NCBI GenBank assembly: GCA_945897785.1 | Contig: CAMDGD010000006.1 | Coordinates: 428-64,427 of the forward strand | Direction: 5' to 3' | Length of the DNA: 64,000 nt | Source: Paludibacter jiangxiensis | Lineage (GTDB): Bacteria; Bacteroidota; Bacteroidia; Bacteroidales; Paludibacteraceae | In this document: in pieces, positions 8,981 through 18,009 of the stretch | Layout of the letters: every line of letters begins with the position of its first letter | Numbering within the stretch: the stretch's first letter is position 1 | Notes under the pieces: model-generated | Database searches by the model: none | Told to the model about the DNA's origin: nothing | Seen by the model: the letters and a program-made list of their open reading frames with translations, nothing else | Program-made: the position numbers and the translations under genes

Positions 8981-9826
8981 TTAATTACCTGCTTTTATCG
9001 TTTGCACAGCTACCCAGTTGTTTTTCTCGGTAAACGAAAGCATTTTTAGGCCTAATTCAGTGGCTTTTGCTTCGATAAATGGAATATCTTCTTTGTAAAA
9101 GCCACTCATAAAAAGCATACCATTAACAGGTAAAGTAGCGGTATATGCAGCCATATCGGAAAGTAAAATGTTTCGATTAATATTAGCAAAAATAATATCA
9201 AACTGCAACCCGTTTAATAACTCAGCACCTCCTTGTTTTAATTGAATCGATTTAGACCCGTTTAATGCTGTGTTATCCAAGGCATTGCTATACGCCCATT
9301 CGTCAATGTCAATTCCTGCTACGAAAGCAGCACCTTTCATAGCAGCCAAAATTGCCAAAACTGCAGTTCCGCAACCCATATCTAAAAATGATTTTCCACT
9401 TAACTCCAACGGCAACATAGCTTCTAACATCAATGCGGTAGTTTCATGGTGTCCTGTACCAAAAGACATACGAGGATCGATAACAATATCATACTTGCAT
9501 TTGGGTACTGAACTATGAAAAGAGCTTCGTATAACACATTGATCTGCAATTACTATAGGCTCAAAATAATTCTTCTCCCATGTTTCATTCCAGTTTTGCG
9601 CTTCGATAGTTTTCTCAACAAACGAGATGGCTGCTTCTAGAGGAAAAACGGCTAGCAATGTGTTTATATCCTCTTTTTTATAGGTATTTATGGGACAAAA
9701 AGCTTGCATTCCGTTTTCGGTAACAACAAAACTCTCGAAACCCAACTCGCCAAGCTCAGAAGCAAGAACATCTTTAATATACTCCTCGTTAGGGCTAATG
9801 TTAAAATCAATTTCTATATAATCCAT
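8981..9826 (-). CDS. prmA: ribosomal protein L11 methyltransferase
   Basis: FGTGHHETT block and the SAM-binding DMGCGTAVLAI motif, with PrmA length and layout (281 aa). Confidence 0.8.
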   Translation of the reverse strand: MDYIEIDFNISPNEEYIKDVLASELGELGFESFVVTENGMQAFCPINTYKKEDINTLLAVFPLEAAISFVEKTIEAQNWNETWEKNYFEPIVIADQCVIRSSFHSSVPKCKYDIVIDPRMSFGTGHHETTALMLEAMLPLELSGKSFLDMGCGTAVLAILAAMKGAAFVAGIDIDEWAYSNALDNTALNGSKSIQLKQGGAELLNGLQFDIIFANINRNILLSDMAAYTATLPVNGMLFMSGFYKEDIPFIEAKATELGLKMLSFTEKNNWVAVQTIKAGN

Positions 9827-9863
9827 AATAGTGCAACAATAAATTTATTACCATTCATTTTAC

Positions 9864-9871
9864 TATCTTTG
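9864..9871 (+). promoter_or_regulatory. -7 box TAtcTTTG, candidate promoter for 10023..11141
   Basis: Exact TAnnTTTG match, forming the left arm of the 24-nt palindrome 9864..9887. The leader would be ~145 nt. Confidence 0.35.
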
Positions 9872-9879
9872 TAAAAATG

Positions 9880-9887
9880 CAAAGATA
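9880..9887 (-). promoter_or_regulatory. -7 box TAtcTTTG, candidate promoter for prmA
   Basis: The plus strand reads caaagata. It is the right arm of the same palindrome, ~54 nt upstream of the prmA ATG. Confidence 0.4.
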
Positions 9888-10022
9888 AGACAAATAGTTT
9901 TCTTTGCTTATGTCCATTAAAAACGATATGAGAATCTTTTCGTCATACTGAAAAAATATGGTATAATGTTTGAATTAATTGCTCCATAAAAACTACTAAT
10001 TATTTGTAAAGGAGAAACTACT

Positions 10023-11141
10023 ATGAAAACCAAAATCTTTATCTCCCTACTCTGCTTAATTGGCTCTTTTGGATACAGCCAGAACCAATATGCAGATGAT
10101 ATTTATTACAAACCCGGCGATCCTGAACCAAACAAACAACGGATTACTAAAAATCAACAAGCAAAAAACACAGATCCTCAAATTATTGTTGATACTGTTT
10201 TTTATACCAAAGCCAAACGCACTTCGAACGGCGATATCTCTTCATACGAAGAAGGGTATTATTTAGACACGACAGTGAATACGGTAGATTCAGATACTGA
10301 ATACAACGAAAACACCGGATACCAATACTCAAATCGTATCAAAAGGTTTCATAATCCGGATATAGTTTATTATGATGATTACTATTATGATTCATATTAT
10401 TACTCACCTTATTACCGACCATACCGTTATTACTATAATCCATGGAGCTATAATTCTTACTACGGATACGGATACTACAATTCATGGTACACCCCTAGCT
10501 ACTATGGTTACTACGGCTATTATGGCTATAGTTATCCTTATCGCCCATACTATTATAGTTCTTATCCGTATTATCACACCCATTATTATCCAAGCTATTA
10601 CAGAACAAATTACTCCGGTATAAAATATAGCCATACAGAAAATAGTCGCCGTAATGCATACCGTAGTTCTAATTACCGTTTTGATGGTAGCTCTACTTCT
10701 TCTAGGGCAATTTCATCAAGCAGAAATAGCCGTTCAACAGATCTTCGTTCTGGTACAACAGGTACAAGCACTCGTTCCGGAACAACAGTAACAAGAACAA
10801 CAACACGTAGTACAAACAGGGATTCAAACCCACGAAGTGATAATAACAATAGAGGCTACACCCGCAGTAGTTCGTCAAATGAAAGAACCGGAACCCGAAG
10901 TTCTAATCGTGAATCTAGAAGCTACAACAACAGCAACCGATCAACCCGTAATTCGGGCGACAGTTACAGTAGTGGTAGCAGAAGCTCTCGAAGTTCAGAA
11001 GAAAGCTATAGTGGTGGTGGAAGTAACAGTAGAAGCTCTGGCTCTTATAGCAGTGGAGGTAGTCGTAGTTCAGGCTCAAGTTCAGGCGGAAGTCGTAGTT
11101 CAGGCGGCAGCAGAAGTTCTGGCGATGGAAGCAGAAGATAA
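10023..11141 (+). CDS. secreted low-complexity protein: ordinary N-terminal region, hyper-tyrosine block, Ser/Arg/Thr/Asn/Gly-rich tail
   Basis: Signal peptide MKTKIFISLLCLIGSFGYSQ. Residues 113-202 contain 42 Tyr out of 90 (hand count). Residues 203-372 are almost free of hydrophobic residues and end in GGSRSS-type repeats. An AAGGAG sits 8 nt upstream of the ATG. A 372-codon open frame in AT-rich DNA is unlikely by chance. Confidence 0.6.
   Translation: MKTKIFISLLCLIGSFGYSQNQYADDIYYKPGDPEPNKQRITKNQQAKNTDPQIIVDTVFYTKAKRTSNGDISSYEEGYYLDTTVNTVDSDTEYNENTGYQYSNRIKRFHNPDIVYYDDYYYDSYYYSPYYRPYRYYYNPWSYNSYYGYGYYNSWYTPSYYGYYGYYGYSYPYRPYYYSSYPYYHTHYYPSYYRTNYSGIKYSHTENSRRNAYRSSNYRFDGSSTSSRAISSSRNSRSTDLRSGTTGTSTRSGTTVTRTTTRSTNRDSNPRSDNNNRGYTRSSSSNERTGTRSSNRESRSYNNSNRSTRNSGDSYSSGSRSSRSSEESYSGGGSNSRSSGSYSSGGSRSSGSSSGGSRSSGGSRSSGDGSRR
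10359..10628 (+). repeat. hyper-tyrosine low-complexity coding block (aa 113-202 of 10023..11141)
   Basis: 42 Tyr in 90 residues by hand count, interspersed with S, P, G, R, N, D and W, with mixed TAT/TAC codon use. Confidence 0.9.
10629..11138 (+). repeat. Ser/Arg/Thr/Asn/Gly-rich low-complexity coding tail (aa 203-372)
   Basis: Visible in the translation, e.g. …RSSNRESRSYNNSNRSTRNSGDSYSSGSRSSRSSEESYSGGGSNSRSSGSYSSGGSRSSGSSSGGSRSSGGSRSSGDGSRR. Confidence 0.9.
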
Positions 11142-11168
11142 TGTAATGTATTAGTAAAATTTACAACT

Positions 11169-12686
11169 ATGAAACGAATAATTGCCAGTTTACTTATTTC
11201 ACTAAGCACTATTGGAAGTTTTGCTCAAAGTGAATTTGATGCGTTGAAATATACGCAAACAGATATTAATGGTACAGCTCGGTATATGGGTATGGCGGGT
11301 GCATTTGGAGCCTTAGGGGGCGATGCTAGTGCTATAAGTATTAATCCTGCCGGTTTAGGTATTTACAGAAGTTCTGAGTTCGCATTTACAAGTGGGCTTA
11401 TTTACAACCAAGTTAATACGGAACTAAACGGAGTATCGGCAACCGACAATAATTATAAGGTTCCCTTAAACAACATGAGTTATATAATCAATTTTGGGGG
11501 CGATACGAATAAAAAAAGCGGACTAGTAAATTCTAGTTTTGGTATTACTTTTAATAAATTGAAGAATTTTAACCGAAACATTTACATAAAAGGGGGTCAT
11601 CAAAATACATCTATGACTGATTATATGGCAGGTTTTAGTAACGGATTAACGGTTACTGATTTAACGCTTGTCGATTCTACAGGATATGATCCTTGTGATG
11701 TAGATTATATCCCTTGGTTATCTGTTTTGGCTTTCGAGGCTGAGTTAATAGATACTGTTGATACAGATTATTATTGGGAATCCTTATTAAAACAGGGAGA
11801 AAATATTAGTCCCGACTACTCACTAACAGAGAGTGGTTATATTAACGAGTGGAATTTCTCGTATGCGGCAAATATTAGCAACCGCATCTATATTGGTGCT
11901 TCATTAGGCATACAGGATATTAAATATTCGCGCACAAGTATTTATTCAGAAGATTTTTTTTATGGAGGAGGCTTTGACCTTACCAACCATTTTATTACTT
12001 ATGGTAGTGGTATTAATTTCAAGATTGGAACCATCCTCAGGCCGTTTGACTTTTTACGACTTGGAGCCGCCTTGCATACACCTACATTTTTATCTTTAAC
12101 CGACGAGTATAATGCTTATGTTGAATCAACTATTGGTAGTAGCGAAACGCCTTTAGGTGGCAGTTATTACAAAATACAAGGGCCAATGCAAACAAACCTT
12201 AGTGCTGCATTAATTGTTGGTAAAATTGGATTGTTAAGTGTCGATTATGGTTTTACCAATTACACCTCAATTACTATTCGTGATGACAATAATCTTAGTG
12301 CTCCTTTTGTTAAAGAAAACCAAGGAATTGCTAATTACCTGCAAGATACACATACACTTAAAATAGGAACGGAAATAAGAATTAACGATAATTTCTCATT
12401 AAGAGCTGGTTACGGACTAGCAACTCCTGCAACTAATAATAGCAAAGCACGCAAAGAGTTACCCGAAAATACCATGCGAACAGACCCTGAATATTTCTTA
12501 GACCAAAACACGAATTACAGCACTATTGGTTTTGGGTATAGAGCAGGAAATTGCTTTTTTGATTTTGCTTATATGCAAAGAAATCAGTCTCAAGATTTTT
12601 ACGCATATAACTTAAACGGGGCCTCAAAAGCTACAGTAAATAACAGCACCAATAACTTTATAGCAACCCTTGGTTTTAGGTTTTAG
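11169..12686 (+). CDS. FadL/PorV-like outer-membrane beta-barrel protein
   Basis: Signal peptide (…TIGSFAQS), the N-terminal block ARYMGMAGAFGALGGDASAISINPAGLG shared by FadL/TodX and PorV/PorQ-type barrels, alternating beta-strand patterning, and a C-terminal aromatic OMP signature (…ATLGFRF). It starts 27 nt after the preceding stop. Confidence 0.65.
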   Translation: MKRIIASLLISLSTIGSFAQSEFDALKYTQTDINGTARYMGMAGAFGALGGDASAISINPAGLGIYRSSEFAFTSGLIYNQVNTELNGVSATDNNYKVPLNNMSYIINFGGDTNKKSGLVNSSFGITFNKLKNFNRNIYIKGGHQNTSMTDYMAGFSNGLTVTDLTLVDSTGYDPCDVDYIPWLSVLAFEAELIDTVDTDYYWESLLKQGENISPDYSLTESGYINEWNFSYAANISNRIYIGASLGIQDIKYSRTSIYSEDFFYGGGFDLTNHFITYGSGINFKIGTILRPFDFLRLGAALHTPTFLSLTDEYNAYVESTIGSSETPLGGSYYKIQGPMQTNLSAALIVGKIGLLSVDYGFTNYTSITIRDDNNLSAPFVKENQGIANYLQDTHTLKIGTEIRINDNFSLRAGYGLATPATNNSKARKELPENTMRTDPEYFLDQNTNYSTIGFGYRAGNCFFDFAYMQRNQSQDFYAYNLNGASKATVNNSTNNFIATLGFRF

Positions 12687-12708
12687 GTTCTAACTTATAT
12701 AACACTAT

Positions 12709-12739
12709 AAAAAAAAGAGATGCAAGCATCTCTTTTTTT
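12709..12739. terminator. bidirectional terminator between the OMP gene (+) and clpB (-)
   Basis: aaaaaaaa-gagatgc-aa-gcatctc-ttttttt: a short GC-containing stem flanked by A and T runs. Confidence 0.7.
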
Positions 12740-12755
12740 ATGCCTAAGGGCTGGC

Positions 12756-15344
12756 TTAATTGTTAAACGACAACTCTCCTGCTTCAACAACGACAACAAT
12801 AGGGTTGTTTGTATTCACCTTTTCTGCAATTATTTGCTTCGATAAATCGTTTAACAAATACCGTTGAATAACTCTTTTAACAGGACGAGCGCCAAATTGA
12901 GGATCGTATCCTTTTGCTGCAATTAAAGCTAAGGCTTCTTCTGATACTTCCAATACAATATCGCTTTGTTTCAATAGTTTTGTTACTTGTTGTACTTGCA
13001 ATTCCACTATAGCTTTTATTTCTTTAACAGTAAGCGGTGTAAACATTATTAGCTCATCAATACGATTTAAAAATTCAGGGCGAATGGTCTGCTTTACTAT
13101 TTCAAACACCTGCATTCGCGTTTTATCAATAAGCTCTTCTCTGTTCGTATTCGTAAGCCTTTCAAAGTTTTCTCGAATAAGCGAAGACCCAATATTCGAT
13201 GTCATTATTATTATGGTATTTTTAAAGTTTACCACTCTTCCTTTATTGTCGGTTAATCTTCCGTCGTCAAGTACTTGTAATAATATATTGAAAACATCAG
13301 GATGGGCTTTTTCTATTTCATCAAACAACACAACCGAATATGGTTTTCTACGAACCGCTTCCGACAACTGCCCTCCTTCATCATAACCCACATAACCCGG
13401 AGGTGCTCCTATTAAACGAGAGACACTGAATTTTTCCTGATACTCAGACATATCGATACGAGTCATCATATTTTCATCATCAAACAAATATTCGGCTAAT
13501 GCTTTTGCTAACTCTGTTTTTCCTACGCCCGTTGTTCCTAGAAAAATAAATGAGCCGATAGGTCGTTTGGGGTCTTGCAAACCAGCTCTACTGCGACGAA
13601 CTGCATCCGATATTGCCCCAATTGCCTCTTGTTGTCCAATAACACGACGATGCAGCTCTGCTTCAAGATGCAATAATTTATCTTTCTCACTTTGCACCAT
13701 CTTTTTAATTGGAATACCGGTCCACCGAGAAACAACATCAGCAATATCTTCACTATCAACCTCTTCTTTAATCATGGGCTTATCGCCTTGCAAATCGTGC
13801 AATTTCTTTTCTAAAAGAAGTATCCGTTCTTCTGCTTCTTTTACCTTACCGTAACGCAATTCGGCTACTTTTCCGTAATCCCCCTCCCGCTCAGCTATTT
13901 CTGCTTCATACTTGAAATTTTCAATATCAATCTTTCGTTGTTGTATTTCATTTACCAGGTCTTTTTCTGTTTTCCACTTTGCCCGCAAGGTATTGCCCGA
14001 TTCTTTTAATTCAGCGATTTCCTTATCCAGCGTTCCCGCTTTCAAGGTATTATTTTCTCTTTTTATAGCTTCCCGCTCTATTTCAAGCTGTTTTACTGTT
14101 CGTTCGATCTTATCTAGTTCTTCCGGTACGCTATCTATTTGCAACCGCAAACGAGCGGCGGCTTCATCTATTAAATCGATTGCTTTATCGGGCAAAAAAC
14201 GGTTGGTAATATACCTACTCGATAACTCTACTGCAGCAATCAATGCATCATCTTTAATTCGGACTTTATGATGGTTTTCGTAGCGTTCTTTTAATCCCCT
14301 TAAAATGGATATGGTACTTGCCTCATCGGGTTCATCAACCATAACCATTTGAAATCGTCGCTCCAAGGCCTTGTCTTTTTCAAAATACTTTTGATATTCG
14401 TCCAAAGTAGTAGCCCCTATGGCCCGCAATTCTCCTCTGGCTAAGGCCGGTTTTAAAATATTGGCAGCATCCATAGCTCCATCACTCTTACCTGCACCAA
14501 CCAAGGTATGAATCTCGTCAATAAACAAAATTATCTCTCCTTCGGCCTTAATTACTTCGTTAATTACCAATTTAAGCCGTTCTTCAAATTCTCCTTTATA
14601 TTTAGCACCGGCTATCAACGCTCCCATATCTAAAGAGAATAGTTGCTTGCTTTTTAGGTTTTCAGGCACATCACCACGCACAATTCGATGTGCTAAGCCT
14701 TCAGCAATAGCGGTTTTTCCTGTCCCGGGTTCACCAATTAATATGGGATTATTCTTGGTGCGGCGACTTAAAATTTGTAATACACGACGAATTTCTTCGT
14801 CCCTGCCAATTACAGGATCAAGCTTTCCGCTACGGGCTCTTTCGTTTAAATTTACGGCATACTTGCTTAAAGATTGGTAGCTTTCTTCAGCACTTTGAGA
14901 GCTAGCCTTATTCCCTTTTCGTAAGTCAACAATAGCTGCTTTTAATCCTTTCTCATTTACTCCGGTTTGTTTTAAAAGCGTGGAAACCGGACTGTTTTCG
15001 ACAGTCAACGCAAGCAGCATTGATTCTAAAGCAACAAACTGATTTCCATCTTTTAAAGAGAGTTCTTGTGCCTTTTGCAGTACGGCATTTGTTTCTTTTG
15101 ATAGATAGGGTTCGGCTCCGCTTACTTTCGGATACGATTGTATTATAGTTTGCAAGCCTTGCTCTATAGCGTTTCCGTTAACGCCCAATTTAGCAAACAG
15201 AAACTGACAAACATCTTCTCCAACAAGTAACACAGCTTTTAACAAATGGCCTGTTTCTAACTGTTGATTTCCGTTTGCTTGCACTAATTGTAAGGCTTGT
15301 TCAACGGCTTCTTGCGATTTAATTGTAAAATTTTTAAGATTCAT
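12756..15344 (-). CDS. clpB: ATP-dependent chaperone ClpB
   Basis: 862 aa with two AAA+ modules (Walker A GEPGTGKT and GTTGVGKT), a long coiled-coil middle domain and a Clp N-domain. Confidence 0.95.
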   Translation of the reverse strand: MNLKNFTIKSQEAVEQALQLVQANGNQQLETGHLLKAVLLVGEDVCQFLFAKLGVNGNAIEQGLQTIIQSYPKVSGAEPYLSKETNAVLQKAQELSLKDGNQFVALESMLLALTVENSPVSTLLKQTGVNEKGLKAAIVDLRKGNKASSQSAEESYQSLSKYAVNLNERARSGKLDPVIGRDEEIRRVLQILSRRTKNNPILIGEPGTGKTAIAEGLAHRIVRGDVPENLKSKQLFSLDMGALIAGAKYKGEFEERLKLVINEVIKAEGEIILFIDEIHTLVGAGKSDGAMDAANILKPALARGELRAIGATTLDEYQKYFEKDKALERRFQMVMVDEPDEASTISILRGLKERYENHHKVRIKDDALIAAVELSSRYITNRFLPDKAIDLIDEAAARLRLQIDSVPEELDKIERTVKQLEIEREAIKRENNTLKAGTLDKEIAELKESGNTLRAKWKTEKDLVNEIQQRKIDIENFKYEAEIAEREGDYGKVAELRYGKVKEAEERILLLEKKLHDLQGDKPMIKEEVDSEDIADVVSRWTGIPIKKMVQSEKDKLLHLEAELHRRVIGQQEAIGAISDAVRRSRAGLQDPKRPIGSFIFLGTTGVGKTELAKALAEYLFDDENMMTRIDMSEYQEKFSVSRLIGAPPGYVGYDEGGQLSEAVRRKPYSVVLFDEIEKAHPDVFNILLQVLDDGRLTDNKGRVVNFKNTIIIMTSNIGSSLIRENFERLTNTNREELIDKTRMQVFEIVKQTIRPEFLNRIDELIMFTPLTVKEIKAIVELQVQQVTKLLKQSDIVLEVSEEALALIAAKGYDPQFGARPVKRVIQRYLLNDLSKQIIAEKVNTNNPIVVVVEAGELSFNN

Positions 15345-15500
15345 AACACCTCCTGTTTATTATATTCAACTTCAAGGGCTTCAAAAAAATTGCCAAGCAG
15401 TTTATTATGCCAAATTAACCTGTATAAACAGAAAACAACCGCCTTTTTGTCAGATACTTACAATTAAATGAGCTATTTGTGGCAAAAAAAACGGCATTAA

Positions 15501-16355
15501 TTATGAACTGACCTCCATCCATTTTCGAGGACCAAAAAAGAGGCATGACTTGGCGGCAATTTCGGAGGCTTTACTAAGCGCAGCAATAAAATTATTGTTT
15601 TGTGCATAATAATAACAAAACGCCCCATGAAAAATATCGCCGGCACCCAACGAATCTATGGCTTTAATTTTCTGTACAGGAAGTTCAACAGGATTGTTTT
15701 CTTCAAATACCAACAGCGGATTTTCGCCTCGTGTAATGGCAATCTTTTGTATTCCGAAACTAGCTAAATAATCAATGACTTCATGCGTTGAGGTTGTTCC
15801 TGGTGGATAAAAATCTTCAGAGCAAATGGCTATAGTAACATATGGCAATAATTTTTCTAGTCCGGGTTTCCAGCTACCACCATCCAACACCACAGGAATG
15901 TTATTTGTTGATTTTTTTAGTAAGGCAATAGCTGCATCAATATAAAAACTATCGATAAGCATAATATCGAACTCATTTACAGAGAAGCTATCCAATGTAG
16001 AAAAGCAATAATTGTGGTTAGTTGGATGATACGATACTACCGAACGATTTCCATTCGATGTAACCACCGAAGCAAAAATTGGATGGCAAGTTCTATCCGG
16101 CGTAATATCAATAGTTTGTACCCCAAATCGTTGAATATCATGCAGCACTAAGCTTGTTAAAAAATGATTTCCAAACGAAGATGCCAACTTACTTTCTCCG
16201 CCCAAATAAGCAAAAGTAATGGCCGCATTAGTAGCCGGACCACCCGCATATAAACCGAATTCGCTTGCCTTAGCTTTTTGGTTTTCGTGCGGATATTTTG
16301 CTACGAAAAACTGAGTATCAATAGTGTTTAGACCAAAAAATAAAGCTTTTGTCAT
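15501..16355 (-). CDS. PfkB-family carbohydrate kinase
   Basis: Ribokinase-like layout with the C-terminal signature DSLGAGDIFHGAF. The substrate is not assignable. Confidence 0.7.
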   Translation of the reverse strand: MTKALFFGLNTIDTQFFVAKYPHENQKAKASEFGLYAGGPATNAAITFAYLGGESKLASSFGNHFLTSLVLHDIQRFGVQTIDITPDRTCHPIFASVVTSNGNRSVVSYHPTNHNYCFSTLDSFSVNEFDIMLIDSFYIDAAIALLKKSTNNIPVVLDGGSWKPGLEKLLPYVTIAICSEDFYPPGTTSTHEVIDYLASFGIQKIAITRGENPLLVFEENNPVELPVQKIKAIDSLGAGDIFHGAFCYYYAQNNNFIAALSKASEIAAKSCLFFGPRKWMEVSS

Positions 16356-16393
16356 TATTTTTAAAAATTAGTGTAAACTGTATCTTTTTTAAT

Positions 16394-16420
16394 AAAAAAA
16401 GCCCAGCAATAAAGTGGGCT
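16394..16420 (-). terminator. terminator after dapA
   Basis: The minus strand reads aagcccactttattgctgggcttttttt (stem agccca/tgggct followed by a T-run). Confidence 0.65.
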
Positions 16421-16450
16421 TAAAATGATAATATAAAGGCAAGCACATCG

Positions 16451-17344
16451 CTAGCATTTAATATTTAGCTTATCCAATATTTTACGAATTCTCTCAAATG
16501 TTGTAATGGTATTAGGTACTAAAGGAAGTCGTAACTTATTCTCTATCATACCCATAACAGCTAACATACTTTTTACTCCAGCAGGATTTCCCTCTACAAA
16601 AAGCAATTCAATAAGGTCGATAAACTGATGATGAATTTTTCGCGCGCTATCGTATTCGCCATCTAAGGCCAAACGAACCATGCGACTAAATTCGCGAGGA
16701 AATGCATTACCAATAACCGAAATAACCCCTACTGCGCCTAGTGTAATTAAAGGAAAAGTCACCGCATCATCGCCAGAAATAACCATGAAATTAGCCGGTT
16801 TATTGTTGATAATTTCATCCATCTGATTAATGTTTCCCGAAGCCTCCTTGATGGCTACAATAGCAGGAAACTCTTTGGCCAATCGTAAGGTTGTTGCAGC
16901 ACTCATATTTACACCCGTTCTACCGGGAACATTATATAAAATAATGGGTAAACTCGAAGCCTTAGCAATGGCACTATAATGCTGATACAAGCCTTCTTGA
17001 GAAGGTTTGTTATAATATGGAGTCACCGAAAGAATGGCATCTATTTTTCGGGAATCGACTTGCTTTACAGCTTCAACAACTGCCTTAGTATCATTACCCC
17101 CAACACCTAACACTAAAGGAATTCTTCCCGCAACCTTATCAACAATAAATGCAGTGATATCCTTTTTCTCTGTCTCGTTTAAGGTAGCGGTTTCAGCTGT
17201 AGTTCCACATATTACGAGGTAATCTGTACCATTTTCAATTTGGTATTCGATTAAACGGGTTAATGCATCAAAATCAATGCTTTCGTCCGTTTTAAAGGGA
17301 GTAACTAAAGCCACTCCCATACCGGTTAATTTATTCTTAATCAT
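16451..17344 (-). CDS. dapA: 4-hydroxy-tetrahydrodipicolinate synthase
   Basis: GVALVTPF, CGTTAE, YNVPGRTG and IKEASGN blocks characteristic of DapA. 297 aa. Confidence 0.9.
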   Translation of the reverse strand: MIKNKLTGMGVALVTPFKTDESIDFDALTRLIEYQIENGTDYLVICGTTAETATLNETEKKDITAFIVDKVAGRIPLVLGVGGNDTKAVVEAVKQVDSRKIDAILSVTPYYNKPSQEGLYQHYSAIAKASSLPIILYNVPGRTGVNMSAATTLRLAKEFPAIVAIKEASGNINQMDEIINNKPANFMVISGDDAVTFPLITLGAVGVISVIGNAFPREFSRMVRLALDGEYDSARKIHHQFIDLIELLFVEGNPAGVKSMLAVMGMIENKLRLPLVPNTITTFERIRKILDKLNIKC

Positions 17345-17359
17345 CTAATTATATCTTTT

Positions 17360-17899
17360 TTAAAGCTTAGCTTGAATACTTTTTAAATAATGCATTATTT
17401 GCTCATATAAAAACAACTCATTCTCGGATTCGTTCATATGTATCATAAAATCAGCAATTCCTTTATACGGTTTCATTCGGGATACTTTAAAAGGAGCTTC
17501 TGCCTGGGCTAACAAATAATCCAACGAATAGACATCTGTATTAATTATTTGTATTACCATATCATAAGATGTGGTTAAAAATTCATTAACTAATGCTGCT
17601 TTAGGTATCTTATACCAATTAAGTTCAGAAGCACAAAACAGTCTGAATTCAGGTAAAACCGCCGTTTCAATTTCTTTTTTATCCACAAATCCCCAAACGG
17701 TTACTTTCTTTCCTTCTTCTTTTAAAGATGCAATGATTTTCCTAATTTGCGGATTTTTTTCATTATCCTCACTTTTAAACAATATCAATATTGATTTAAT
17801 AGATTTAAAATCAGGATAATACGACTCCCTCTTTTGAACAGTAAGCACTTTGCGAATAGATTTCTCAGCAAAAAAATTCTTTATTTTGTTAAAGAACAT
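17360..17899 (-). CDS. hypothetical protein (conserved-looking, co-transcribed with dapA)
   Basis: 179-aa ORF lying 15 nt upstream of dapA, with its own TActTTTG box at 17916..17923. I cannot name a family with certainty. Confidence 0.5.
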   Translation of the reverse strand: MFFNKIKNFFAEKSIRKVLTVQKRESYYPDFKSIKSILILFKSEDNEKNPQIRKIIASLKEEGKKVTVWGFVDKKEIETAVLPEFRLFCASELNWYKIPKAALVNEFLTTSYDMVIQIINTDVYSLDYLLAQAEAPFKVSRMKPYKGIADFMIHMNESENELFLYEQIMHYLKSIQAKL

Positions 17900-17915
17900 A
17901 GGTTTTATTTTTGCA

Positions 17916-17923
17916 CAAAAGTA
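17916..17923 (-). promoter_or_regulatory. -7 box TActTTTG for 17360..17899 and dapA
   Basis: The plus strand reads caaaagta, 17 nt upstream of the ATG at 17899. Confidence 0.5.
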
Positions 17924-18009
17924 ATAAAAAAGCTAGAAATTTCCATTCTATTGCTTAGCTTGTTGAAGTTTTGATAACAAAAAGCTAAACGATATGAGAA
18001 ACAATAGGC

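Noticed and set aside
10372-11154. Alternative-frame ORFs 10372..10623, 10837..11154 and 10060..10266 inside the Tyr-rich gene
   Set aside because: Low-complexity DNA keeps several frames open. Only the 10023 frame has a signal peptide, an ATG with an upstream AAGGAG, and continuity over the full length.
13084-14880. Several plus-strand ORFs of 77-119 aa (13084..13386, 13567..13854, 13912..14271, 14647..14880), plus one same-strand out-of-frame ORF (13538..13759), inside clpB
   Set aside because: They lie entirely within a highly conserved gene and have Ser/Leu/Ile-rich compositions typical of shadow frames. I found no start context or promoter box for any of them.
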